Part shown: piece after piece, positions 14,393 through 26,136 of the stretch
Position numbering within the stretch: the first letter of the stretch is position 1
Layout of the letters: every line of letters starts with the position of its first letter
Assembly: GCA_951406725.2 (NCBI GenBank)
Contig: OX597821.1
Location: 3,844,001 to 3,908,000 of the forward strand
Length of the DNA stretch: 64,000 nt
Reading direction: 5' to 3'
Origin: Octopus vulgaris
Lineage: Eukaryota
Program-made: the position numbers and the translations under genes
Notes under the pieces: model-generated
What the model was told of the DNA's origin: nothing
What the model saw: only the letters and a program-made list of their open reading frames with translations
Database searches by the model: none

Positions 14393-15469
14393 TATGTCAA
14401 GTATTAACAACTGCTAAATAATCAATATCTTCTAAGTGAATTTCAGTTGTATTTAAAAGTACAATTTCATTAAACGCCAGGGTTTCAAAGGATCCTTTTT
14501 TTATATTCTCCCCTTCTGTTTAACATATAATCATATTGATTTCAAATATGCTGACTTCTACCGTGGAACAAATGGGCCCCGATTTTAAAGTATTAACGTC
14601 CCAATTTCCTTGTTTTAAATAGTGACACTGTTAGCCTGCCGCCGTTGGCAGTGCCTTATCGGCTTCTGCATTGCTGTATATAACGTGTTCATTTTAGAGT
14701 GACGTATATTTATGAGAGTGTGGAAATCCCTATAGTGCTTGCATAAATTCTTTTTGTATGTTCTCGATATGAATTTGATATTGATATGCAATGGGAATTT
14801 GTCCCTTGAAATAAGCCTGTATTCTTATTTATTTATTTATTTATTTTGCTTACTTTAAGTTGTTTGCTTTATATTGGTAGATTATTGAATATTGTTTCCT
14901 CTCTTTCCATACTGTGATTACGTGGTTTGGTATGTAAATGTAAAAATGCACGAATTACTACCTGTGCTTTATAGCATATACACTGGACAAGGGAGTTAAC
15001 TGCAGAATATCGCCTTTTTATTTATATTCTGAGTTTTTTTTTTTTTTTATTTCTCAATTGATGCATATTTATGTGAATTAAGCTCTTAGAGTATAAGCTT
15101 TGAGAACTCTGCTGTAAAATACCGATGATATCAAAGTTGTTAAATTACCTGCATTGCTATCGCTGATAAATTTCCTCCTCGTTTCTCTCTTTTTCTATCA
15201 CATTACCTTCTCATTTGACTGCTTCTGGTGTTTGGATATTTCATTGCTATAATACTTATAAACAACATCAGATTTTTGTCGCATATTGCATAAAGTCCAC
15301 CATTTTCATCCACATCAATGTCTGGAGAGAATTCACTCGCAATTCTTTCAAATGTAATAACTGTACTTTGGTTTCTTCGTTGTAATTGAAGTGAACAGAT
15401 TGACTGCGCCTGCGTTTAGAAATAAGAATAGAAAGATATTCGTATCAGGAAATCATTCTCTGAGCTCCC

Positions 15470-16490
15470 GTTGTAGCCACATGGTTTTGCAGGGATCTTC
15501 ACTGCAAGTCACCGCGGTTATTTTCTACTGTGGTTGAAAGCCCGAACAATTCCTTGCGAAGCTATTTGGTAGAGAGATATTGTATGGAAGCTCATCGGGT
15601 ATACATATAATCCATGTGTGTTTCGTTTGTGTTTGTGCATGTGTGCGTGTACGTGTGTGTGCGTGTACGTGTGTGTGCGTGTACGTGTGTGTGCGTGTAC
15701 GTGTGTGTGCGTGTACGTGTGTGTGCGTGTACGTGTGTGTGCGTGTCCGTGTGTGTGCGTGTACGTGTGTGTGCGTGTACGTGTGTGTGCGTGTACGTGT
15801 GTGTGCGTGTACGTGTGTGTGCGTGTACGTGTGTGTGCGTGTACGTGTGTGTGCGTGTACGTGTGTGTGCGTGTCCGTGTGTGTGCGTGTACGTGTGTGT
15901 GCGTGTACGTGTGTGTGCGTGTCCGTGTGTGTGCGTGTACGTGTGTGTGCGTGTACGTGTGTGTGCGTGTACGTGTGTGTGCGTGTACGTGTGTGTGCGT
16001 GTCCGTGTGTGTGCGTGTACGTGTGTGTGCGTGTACGTGTGTGTGCGTGTACGTGTGTGTGCGTGTACGTGTGTGTGCATGTACGTGTGTGTGCGTGTCC
16101 GTGTGTGTGCGTGTACGTGTGTGTGCGTGTACGTGTGTGTGCGTGTCCGTGTGTGTGCGTGTACGTGTGTGTGCGTGTCCGTGTGTGTGCGTGTACGTGT
16201 GTGTGCGTGTACGTGTGTGTGCGTGTACGTGTGTGTGCGTGTACGTGTGTGTGCGTGTACGTGTGTATCTACGTCTTTGTGATTGTGTTTGCTACCCCAC
16301 ACCGTGCGACAAGCTGAATTCGTTTATTTGCAACCCCGTAGCTTAGCGGTTCTACAAAACTCTCTAATAGATATTGTACCAGACTTCAGCCATAAAAACT
16401 GAAAGTGATTTGTTGGACTAAATTCTACAAGGTAGTACCTGAACAGGACCAGAGTTCAATGACAGAAGAAAAAAGAGCAAATGATGAAAG
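15470..16490 (+). mobile_element. Old, diverged SINE family B copy whose internal tract is a 12-bp minisatellite
   Basis: 5' half remnants ccacatggtt...ttctact...tttggtaga...gaagctcatcg. 3' half ccccgtagcttagcggttc...gtaccagactt...aatgacagaa. Confidence 0.65.
15641..16265. repeat. 12-bp minisatellite (GTGTGCGTGTAC)n, about 52 copies
   Basis: Direct reading, with occasional GTCC variants. Confidence 0.97.
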
Positions 16491-17005
16491 ATGAAAAAGA
16501 AAATGCCTGTATAATGCATGCGGGCATACAAAGAAACATCTATAAACTTTTGAAGATACAGCGTATGATGTAAGAGAATAAGTTGTTAATGGTATTGTAA
16601 TACACTTAAGAATATTTCGATAAGAAATGTGAACGAAAATGTTCTCAAGTTTTTAGATATTCAGAAAGAACATATAAATATGTCAAATTCGGATAGTTAT
16701 CGCCTAATAAAAATGGAAGTATCTATGTATATACTTGTGTAATTTTGCACGCGCGTGTGTATTTAGTATTTATGTAAATGTATATATATATATATATATA
16801 TATATGGAGAGAGAGAGAGAGACAGAGAGATAGAGAGAGATAAATAGATAGATAGATAGATAGATAGATATATAGATAGATAGATATAGATATATATCAT
16901 AGTGTGTGTGTGTGCGTTGTACGTGTTATGTGTATCTGTTTGTTTCCCGATGAGACAATCGGAAACGCGTATTAGCAATACATCAACGCAAATACTTGTA
17001 CATAG

Positions 17006-17050
<45 letters not shown>

Positions 17051-17285
17051 AAGATACATACACATACGCACGCACATACACAAACACTAACATATAAATA
17101 TACGCACACAACATAAATATTATGTATAAGTATGTATACTCATTTCTGTATTATATTATTTCAGTGTTAGGAAAGTACATTGCTGGCTGCAAAATCTATA
17201 TTTTATATGTTTACACTATTAATGTTTATACCTCACAAGTTACTACTAACATAAAAGGTAGAGAGAGAGAGTGAAAGTGAGAGTG

Positions 17286-17481
17286 AGAGAGAGAGTCGGA
17301 GACAGAAAAAAAGGTGGAAAGAAAGAGAAGTGTACCTCTATACAAATTGTGCGCTATACTTATTGCCAAAATAAGCAATACTGGTTTATTATGTATATAT
17401 TTATATAATATAGCGCACAATTTGTATAGAGGTACACTTCTCTTTCTTTCCACCTTTTTTTCTGTCTCCGACTCTCTCTCT
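17286..17481. repeat. Perfect 73-bp inverted repeat with a 50-bp spacer
   Basis: 17286-17358 is the exact reverse complement of 17409-17481. Confidence 0.95.
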
Positions 17482-17485
17482 GTCA

Positions 17486-17790
17486 AGGTGGCAGAATCTT
17501 TAGCACGTCGGACAAAATGTCTTCTGAGTTCATATTCCGCCGAGGTCGACTTTCATGCCTTTCGGGGTCGATAACATACGTACCAGTAAAGCACTGGGGT
17601 CGATGTAATCGATTTTGTCCTTCCAAACAAATTGCTGACCTTGTGCCAAATACTTCAAACCATTCAATAGCGGAATAAGGCGGCGTCTGGTAGAATCCAT
17701 ACAACACCGGACAAAAGACTCCTCGGCATTTTGCCTGTTGTGAGCTCAAATCCCCGCGAGATTGATTTTATGTTATATCCTTTCTCGATC
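17486..17790 (+). mobile_element. SINE family A copy (17486-17661) followed by a second, degraded head (about 17678-17790)
   Basis: ggcagaatctttagcacgtcgg...ccgaggtcgactttc...cctttcggggtcgataa...cactggggtcgatgtaatcga matches the 1829 copy. Confidence 0.8.
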
Positions 17791-18746
17791 GATTAAGCAA
17801 AACATTTCAGGCCTGGTGCATATATTAGGAATTTTTGATGACTGTACTATTCTACACACATTTTGTTTAAAACTAATTCATTGTTTTACGGCTGGATATT
17901 CCTTTCTACTCTATGCACAAAGTCTGAAATTATTTTTGGACTGGGACTAAGTCGATTAGATCGATCCCAATACGCATATGATGAAGTCCATTACAATAAA
18001 GAAAAGAAAAGTGTTTCCATGACGGATGTTTGCTGTTATGGGAGCCTTTGGTTTTTTCATCACATTTGCTAGATTCTCATACATGAAGGTACCGGCTTCG
18101 ATACAATATTTCAAAAGAGTACGTATCATGGCCTTAAATGCCTAGGATAATTCTTTAGCCTTGAGATAATATTTGTTTGTGTTAATGAGCTGTTGAAGTG
18201 TTGATCTGACTTTACGGAAGCTTGCTTCATTCCCTCTTAAGATATCTGAAATTATTATGCAATTTTATCCAGTCTTTTTTGTTTTACCGCAGATGTGATG
18301 CGGTCAAACTTGCCCCGTACTCTTCCGTGTTTCAGGAAGTAACTTCCAGTTGAATGCTGAATCTACTTAATGAAACATGCCTATCACGGGTCAATTCAGG
18401 TCACTGTGCATCCTAGAAATTATAGAGGGCGCTGGATAAGCAGTAACTTTTCGAACTACTGATATCGTCGTATTTATTTCCAGCTCATTATATTCTCGGT
18501 TCAATTCTCACCGAGGTTTTCGTAAAGTGTTATAGATTTGGAATAGATAATTGCCATTTCATGAGTTATACTTTGCGCATAAGTTAGACTTTGTAATTAA
18601 TACTATCATTTCAGCACAGGATGAATATGCTAAGCCTCCCTCTGAAGTATTTTCTTTTCCCTCTTCAGGAATGAGAGAATCAGGAGCAAGTCAAAAGCTG
18701 AAATCAATTTTCCGAAACAAACTTCTACGCAAATCAGCGATATTTT

Positions 18747-18747
<1 letters not shown>

Positions 18748-18786
<39 letters not shown>

Positions 18787-18787
18787 C

Positions 18788-18843
<56 letters not shown>

Positions 18844-18940
18844 GAGTATTAGTAGTAGTAGTAGTAGTAGTAGTAGTAGGAGTATTAGTAGTAGTAGTAG
18901 TAGTAATTGTAATAGTAGTAGCAGCAGTATAAACAGTCAT

Positions 18941-18989
<49 letters not shown>
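18748..18989. repeat. (TAG)n microsatellite
   Basis: Direct reading. Confidence 0.97.
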
Positions 18990-19704
18990 CCCTGTATATT
19001 GTATATTTTTTGAATGGATTCTGTTTACCCCTTAACTTTTTCTGGGAGTTTTGCAATTCCAGAGTTTCTAAATAACAATCTCAGATGATTTACTTTACAC
19101 CATTAATATAACTAACTATTACCACCATAAAAAAAATTTCTTAACAAATTATAATAGTAATACATGCAGAAATAATAAACCTAAGCGTTATGCTTCCTTT
19201 TTTCTTTTTAATTTCCCGGCATCTAATATGCAATTAATTGTGAACGACACATCGTTTTTGATGTGGCGATCATATAATGGAATATGTTACCATTATTACA
19301 TAGATCAAAGTAAAAGGCTATTTATCATTTTAATTATGTTAGATTATTACAACCAAACACAAGACATTACTATCAAGATAAACGAAGAGTTAATATATGG
19401 ACTCTTTTAAAAATCTACTGCTGCAAGACTTTTTCTGAAATAATTCTTCATGTTTCTGTATAAACGAAATTTCTTGAATATTTTTGGTTGGCGCAGATAT
19501 TTATCATAAGACTGTTACTTACAAAAGCATGTGTAACCTTATGAAAATAGGATACATGCATGTATTAAAATGGTTTAATTGGGAATCCTTTTTATTCCTT
19601 GATGTAATCGAAGATGTAACTAAAGTAATTTGTGATATGGTTTCTCATTTAAATAATACAAAATAAGTTTCAACAAAATTATTCAAAAGCTACAGTGTTA
19701 TTTG

Positions 19705-19955
19705 TCTTTTATCTTTTACATGCTTCAGTTATTAAAATACGTCCAAGCTGGGGCATCGCCTTGCAGAATTTTAGTGAAACTTATATATGTATATATATTA
19801 AGGCCTGTAACTGATTGAATAGTTTTCTTCTGCTGAACGGCTAAGTTACGGAAATGTAAAGAGACTAACCCCGGATGTAAAGCAGCAGTGAAAAACACAC
19901 GCACAAACACGCACATACATACACATACACACAGACGCACACACACAGACACACA
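19705..19955 (-). mobile_element. SINE family B 3' fragment
   Basis: gctgaacggctaagttacggaaatgtaaa is the reverse complement of the family B 3' half. Confidence 0.6.
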
Positions 19956-19967
19956 GAGGGTCTTTTT

Positions 19968-20578
19968 CCTCTTCTTAATCATTTTTGCCCCTTGTGGATC
20001 ATAGGGCCTCAACGGTTCTTTTCCCCTTTTTGCGGTCATTGGCGAGTTTCTTGGCTGCTTCCCATGTCAGGCCGGTGGTCCTGAGCTCGTCCAAAATGCT
20101 CCGTTTCCATGTCTGCTTTGGGCGTCCTCAATTCCTTTTCCCCTGCGGGTTCTAGTCAAGTGCTTGTCGTATCACATTTGAGGGTTATTTCCGCAGTGTG
20201 TGTCCGATCCAACTCCATTTCCATCGTCTAATCTGACTATGTATAGGCTCCTGGTTGGCCCTCTCCCACAGGTCGGTGTTTGGCACTCTGTCGAATCACT
20301 TCAGATAGAGGATCTGCCGGAGACATTTGTTGTTGAAGGTCTGGATCTTCTTGTAGTTGCTGCAGGTGGCTCTCCATGTTTCAGAACCATACAAAAGCAC
20401 AGATTTTATGTTTGAACTAAATAAGCGAAGTTTAGTTCGAGTTGAGATGGCAGTGGACTTCCATGCGGGCCGAAGAATAGCGAAGGATTGCCAAGCCTTC
20501 TTGCTTCTTGCCGTGATGTCCTCGTCTGATCCACCTAATTTGCTGGTGTTGCTGCCAAAATAAACAAATTCCTCCTGT
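19968..20578 (-). mobile_element. RTE-clade LINE, 5'-truncated 3' end, dead
   Basis: EEFVYFGS...GGSDEDITARSKKAWQSF...TKLRLFSSNIKSVLLYGSETW is the typical post-RT C-terminus of RTE elements. Stops and frameshifts follow downstream. Confidence 0.9.
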
Positions 20579-20580
20579 GT

Positions 20581-20752
20581 GTGGCCTTGACGTGGCGGGG
20601 AGGCTTGCGTACTCTTATGATCCCTAGAGGATGTGCCAGTGGTGCACGTGTTCCCTGGTACGTTTAACCTTGTTGGTTTGGTCGAAGAGGAGGAGTCACA
20701 CTGAAGTATACATTTCGGCCCTCCAGATTCGGGAGTTGTGCTATACGCTAAC
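20581..20752 (+). mobile_element. RTE-type 5'UTR segment, inverted relative to the adjacent RTE 3' end
   Basis: gccttgacgtggcggggaggcttgcgt...atgatcc and ggccctccagattcgggagttgtgc...gctaac resemble conserved RTE 5'UTR blocks (recalled, not aligned). Confidence 0.6.
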
Positions 20753-20798
20753 ATCGTATACACAAAAACAAACACCCGTTACAGACACCAACACACAC

Positions 20799-20872
20799 AG
20801 GGTGCGGTGACTATTTTGTTGTCTGACTGACGCGAAAAGGAAAATGACACTGACATCTCATTTTAACAGCTA
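20799..20872. mobile_element. Isolated terminus of the same maT-like family as 13648
   Basis: acagggtgcggt...acactgacatctcattttaacag is shared with 13647-13720. Confidence 0.75.
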
Positions 20873-20874
20873 TA

Positions 20875-21370
20875 TGAGGTCTGATCAATAATTATCCGGT
20901 CTGTCACCATAGTAAAGAAATTTAAAGCATACATATTGAAGCTCCTTGACACAAATTGACCTTAAACTCTGCTGTGCATGCACCCAACGTTTCCGCGTTC
21001 TAGCTCACTTCCGCTGTTTACAGCAGTACTTGGAAGAATCGTATATAGCGTGATCATCGCATTCACCAAGACACAGAAAGTTGTCATGGCAATATATTCT
21101 CTGAGGGCTAAACAAAGTTTCATAAATCGTATGGAGCGGAGTGTATGAGCAGCGTACAAGTGTACGAGTGTTCCGGATGTTAACATGATGGCCGAAAAAT
21201 GTTCAAGTTGATGAACGTACTGGGAGACACACAAACCACAGAACTGACGTAAACATCACAGGTATGCGTGCAGCTGTGAGGGGAAAACGTGAAATCACTA
21301 TCCCTAAGTTATCAGAATATGTGCAGATTAGTTCCGGTTCAGTTCAGTCCATTATCACTGAAGATTCTAG
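20875..21370 (+). mobile_element. Mariner 5' fragment (TIR plus degraded HTH region)
   Basis: TIR-like tgaggtctgatcaataattatccgg. Remnants YGAECMSSVQVYE and RAAVRGKREITIPKLSEYVQISSGSVQSIITED match mariner HTH motifs. Confidence 0.75.
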
Positions 21371-21371
21371 C

Positions 21372-22382
21372 GATGAAATCAGAATTGATGCCAAAAGACA
21401 TAGAAACTTTGACAAAAGTTCAACACAACAACACACCTTCTCCGAAAATACTACCTTACATATCCACATACAACCCCAGAAACAAAGAAGCCTTCACCAT
21501 CATCACCCAGAATTTACCAATACTTCATAAGGACCCCAAATTAAAGGAAATTCTAAACATACATAAAAACATTAAAAGCTACAAACAACCTAAATCACTT
21601 AAAAAGATTCTCACAAGGGCAAAATTGCTTTCTAAAATTACGGATGCAAAAGTAAAAAAATGTGGTAGATCAAACTGTGCAACATGTCCAAACCTTCTAG
21701 AAGGATCAGAATTCCCCTTCAAAGAGGAACAAAAATTCAAGATCAAATCTAATTTTACTTGTGCCTCTGAAAACATAATTTATGTCATAAGATGCTCGGG
21801 ATGCCACCAAAGCTACGTGGGGTTCACGGGACTATCACTCAGACGCAGATGCACACTGCATCGACAACAGAATGATACCCTTTAGTGAGCATATTGAGAA
21901 ATGCGCAAAACAACTACTATCACAATTTTTAATCTTTCCATCTTACCAATGTGCTATTGGAACACCAACACAAATTAGACTAAACAAGGAAACATTCTTC
22001 ATTGAAAAATATAAGCCCAAACTTAGCCACTCTAACATTCTTATACAGAGAAACTCACCCCATTAAAAACAAAACAAGAAATATAACGCGATTATCTCCC
22101 TTACACCGGAAGAAATCACCTATTACCTCTCCTTACCTGGAACTCTTCTTTACACTTCTTAACGAAATCATAACGATGTTTTGATAAATTTGAAAAGTTA
22201 AACAAGAAACCGGTAATTTCTTCAAAAACTGTCACTGTATGAAAAAAAAGTTATAACATTCTTCTGACATAATGACTCAAATATATATTTTTTAACCTTT
22301 TAAAACAAGCCTCCTGTAGTTTTTTCACTTTTTACTATCTTCTATATATTCAACCACGTGTTTTGACACACCAACTTTCTCA

Positions 22383-22384
<2 letters not shown>
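21372..22384 (+). mobile_element. Penelope-like element 3' part: Cys-rich linker, GIY-YIG endonuclease and pLTR tail; frameshifted
   Basis: ORF 21289-21885 has STYNP...KKCGRSNCATC...FTCASENIIYVIRCSGCHQSYVGFTG..LRRR...H. It continues in ORF 21872-22066 (SEHIEKC...RLNKETFFIEKYKPKL). The element ends in (TA)n. Confidence 0.9.
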
Positions 22385-22422
<38 letters not shown>

Positions 22423-22501
22423 TATATATATATGTATATATACATATATATATATACATGCATGTGCGTGTATGTGTTTGCGTATGTGTGTGCACTCGAG
22501 T

Positions 22502-22556
<55 letters not shown>

Positions 22557-22586
22557 CATACATACATACATACATACATACATACA

Positions 22587-22619
<33 letters not shown>

Positions 22620-23580
22620 TTACACAAACACAGGCACATTTATATGCGTGTGTGTCTATGTATTTATATGCAACAAATTTCTCATGGAAGTTAGCCAAGT
22701 TCATTAATTCATTATATTTATGTTGTAGACATCTTGCTTCACATATTATTGATGTTTCGGGTACTAGTATGCTTGGCATTCTATTTCAAGTGAAATTCTA
22801 TTTCAGAAATGATGCAGGGTGTCTTAAATTACATTTCGTAATTCGAGGACGTGACATCATCCCAAAGCATTTGGAAACTATTATTTGAAATTCCAAAATA
22901 TTCATTTTCAATACCATCACTTTTCTTGTTTTGCCTCGATACACAAGTTCTTTTGCGAGTCGTTGGCCGTCATTTGCCGTCTAAGTAAATTGCTATATAC
23001 TGCTTATTCTTCTTCCATTTTGTTCATATATTAGTTTGGACTCATAACGTGATGTAAAATTAATCGTTTTATGTTTTTCCATTATGTTAAGTACATCAGG
23101 TTAACAACTCAATAAACGTTGCCAGGAGAAATAACATGAAAAATAAATAGATTTGTTGAAGCGATTATCTATAAATAGGTATTCATAAATGGCCGTTTTT
23201 GTGGAGACGTGGCTGCAAATATTAGGTATATCTCATCGTTAAAAATGATGGCGATTTCGGTCACAATGAGAAAAATACTGTGGAAATATATTAAATCTTA
23301 AACGCATACTGGCCAGTACATTTTAAACGAAATTTGATGGAAGGTGTGTGAAAACGTTTTGAACGACATGTTTATATTTGTGTGTGGATTTATTGCCATA
23401 TTTATCAGTTTGATATTGAAAACACTGAAATGTGACCCTTCAGACAAAAGACCTTCATTGCCAAACATCCAGGCAATATATACGGTTTAGATAAAGCTTC
23501 GAATCATAACATCAACATGCCTGAGGCTTCTTCAGTATGGTAAAAAATGTTCAAGGCCCCAACCAGAGTAGGGCATTCAC

Positions 23581-23698
23581 CTGCGCTGGAGTATCTTATT
23601 GTAACAATATTGCACATCTTATATAATATTATTAATGAGCATATAAGGTATCCAGCTATCGGGATCCTCAGCAGACCAGGCAAAATGCATAGCGGCAT
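23581..23698 (-). CDS. Candidate first coding exon of a host gene, encoding a signal-peptide/signal-anchor-like N-terminus (exon 23581-23827 including 5'UTR)
   Basis: Minus strand: acceptor gtgtctttgtctctaccag| opens the exon at 23827. ATG at 23698 gives MPLCILPGLLRIPIAGYLICSLIILYKMCNIVTIRYSSA + G, then donor gcag|gtgaat at 23581 (phase 1). Non-repetitive sequence with a hydrophobic core. No homology recognised. Confidence 0.5.
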
Positions 23699-23964
23699 CT
23701 ATAAAATCTGTATTCAAATTCTGCCGTTGTCCATTTTTTGTATCTTCTGCGGATAGGTGGGGATAAAACAGACGCACTGGGCCGATGTATATAAGTATAT
23801 TATGTGCGCTTGTAATACGCGTGACATCTGGTAGAGACAAAGACACAATTTACTTCCGCCTTGTGAGAAAAAAAGAGAGTTGAAAATAATACAGTAGTAT
23901 TTATTAGGCGGTAAATTTCTTTGTTCCTGAACATCTAATACTAAACAAGACATAGATGCGATGT

Positions 23965-24113
23965 CTGCTCGCAAGAAGGTTCGTTTCCAGCCGCTTGGTT
24001 CCGGGTTCAGTCCCACTTCATGACAATTTGGGCAACTGTTTACTACCATTGGCTCGGTCTGGCAAGATTCGGAAGTGGATTCCTTAGATGGAAACTGAAA
24101 GAAGCTCATTGTG
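23965..24113 (+). mobile_element. SINE family B 5' fragment
   Basis: ggttccgggttcagtcccact...tgggcaa...ggaaactgaaagaagc followed by (TA)n. Confidence 0.75.
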
Positions 24114-24121
24114 TATGTACT

Positions 24122-24277
<156 letters not shown>

Positions 24278-24587
24278 TGTGTGTGTGTGTGTGTATCATA
24301 ATACATGTATATCCACAAACCAAATTTTTAGCATGGAGCTGTATAAGTATGTTGATAACCTTTAACCCGTACGCCTGACTACTGTAATTTTTCTGTGGAT
24401 TTTTTTCATTGTTATTTGTGGTTTAACTGAGGGTTTTAACGCATCTTTCTAGCATGTAGGTGCCTTATGCGCCCTTATCATGAACATAACTTTTAGTTGT
24501 ATAGCTATGTAGTGCTATTTAAGGCATGTAACCAAATATATTACTGTTGTTATTAAAAACTATTTATATTTACCGCAGATGATAATC

Positions 24588-24698
24588 TTTTCGAAAGAAT
24601 GAAAGGCAAAGTTGACCCCCGTGGAATTTGAAATCAGAACGTAGCGGCAGGGGAAATACCGCTAAGCTTTTCACCCGGTGCGCTAACGATTACGACAG
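24588..24698 (-). mobile_element. SINE family A, 5' half
   Basis: gaaagaatgaaaggcaaagttgacc...ggaatttgaaatcagaacgtagcggcag...cggtgcgctaacgatt is the reverse complement of the family A head. Confidence 0.8.
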
Positions 24699-25189
24699 GA
24701 ATAGTGGGGGAAATTCATAGCCATGTATTGAGAGGAATCCGTTGCAACTGTGAGTAATCGACCTCTGGAAGCTCGATGTTTCCCCCGACCTGGTAGTCGA
24801 GAGAAATTTGGCTGTCTAATAGCGCAAATCAGTCAATGTCGTTGACTGTTTTAGTAACATATATAACTTTAAATCTGTCCAGAGTTACCTCTTCGCTATT
24901 TTCCATTGATTTCGGCTCAGAAGATAGACACGCAGCTTCTGGGAATCGGAAAGAAGACAGCAGAGGAGAGATCGGTATTCTTTACGCCTTTTATCATACG
25001 ACACAATATTTTTCCCCACTGCATTAGCAATGAAATTGCGTTTAAAATTTGAAATATGATATAAATATATTTTAACTAAACAAAAGTTACCTTATGCCGA
25101 AAGACTGCTTGGCGATGATACCGACGAGTATATGTATATGTGTGTGTGTGTGTGCGCGCGCGTGTGTCATTTTGTATATTTGTGTGTCT

Positions 25190-25400
25190 ACCATTTACTC
25201 TGTCTTTGTCAGCCACAAACGATGGGCAACCTGTTCTTATGTATTTACGTCCCCGTTAGCTAAAAGCTCGACAAAAATGAGTGATAGACTAAGTGTCAGG
25301 CAGAAGAGAAAACAACAAATACAGGGGTCGCTACGTTCGACTAAGAATTCTTGAAGACTGTTTCGGTCTAATGACTGAAACAAGCAGCAGATTAAAGATA
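25190..25400 (+). mobile_element. SINE family B 3' fragment
   Basis: tttacgtccccgt...ggggtcg...cgactaa...aatgactgaaacaag. Confidence 0.6.
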
Positions 25401-25416
25401 AGATACATACCTACGC

Positions 25417-25457
<41 letters not shown>

Positions 25458-25585
25458 CAGCAAAAATTTAGATTCAAATGAATATGGTACTTAATTTAGA
25501 TGCACCAGAATTCTTTATGGTGTTATCCATAAAAATCCGTGGGGTGATTATAATCAAAATAAGCAACAAGAATGACTCCGTTAAT

Positions 25586-25671
25586 TTGGTACGATCATTT
25601 CGTACTACATCATTTTATTAAATGTTGTAAGTATTACATCAGTTTTAAAATGCTGAGCACTCATCAGCCAA
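25586..25671 (-). ncRNA. Type-I hammerhead motif with long loop II and palindromic stem III
   Basis: Reverse complement: ttgg-CTGATGA-gtgc...gtac-GAAA-tgatcg-TA-ccaa. The inverted arm at about 26011 shows gtacGAAAcgatcgTAccaa. Confidence 0.7.
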
Positions 25672-26061
25672 TTATAGAGGTTTTCCATTAATACAAAAGA
25701 ATTCATATCAAGTGGCAACATTATAGAGAAGGTAGATACATAGACAAAGATGTGGATTTAAATTTTAAGAGAATTTGAGGTAGTGGAGCCCACCAACTGA
25801 CTGACTAAGATTCAGTTGTTACAGATTACTGTAAGGTTCTGAGAGGGAAGAACAAATGAAAGGAGACAATAAAGATTTTCTAATTATAGAAATGGGGTAA
25901 AGGGGATGTCATAGCTCTATATAAGGAAGTATGTGCAAGACAACATTGTCACAACTAAATGCCAATTACTACTATTTGATGAACAGATTCGGCGTTAATA
26001 AAATGATGTAGTACGAAACGATCGTACCAAATTAGCGGAGTCATTCTTGTTGCTTATTTTG

Positions 26062-26136
<75 letters not shown>

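Noticed and set aside
15641-16265. CRISPR-like array
   Set aside because: It is a contiguous tandem repeat with no spacers, in a eukaryotic context.
18669-18747. Plus-strand acceptor followed by GMRESGASQKLKSIFRNK
   Set aside because: It runs into (TAG)n with no convincing donor or partner exons.
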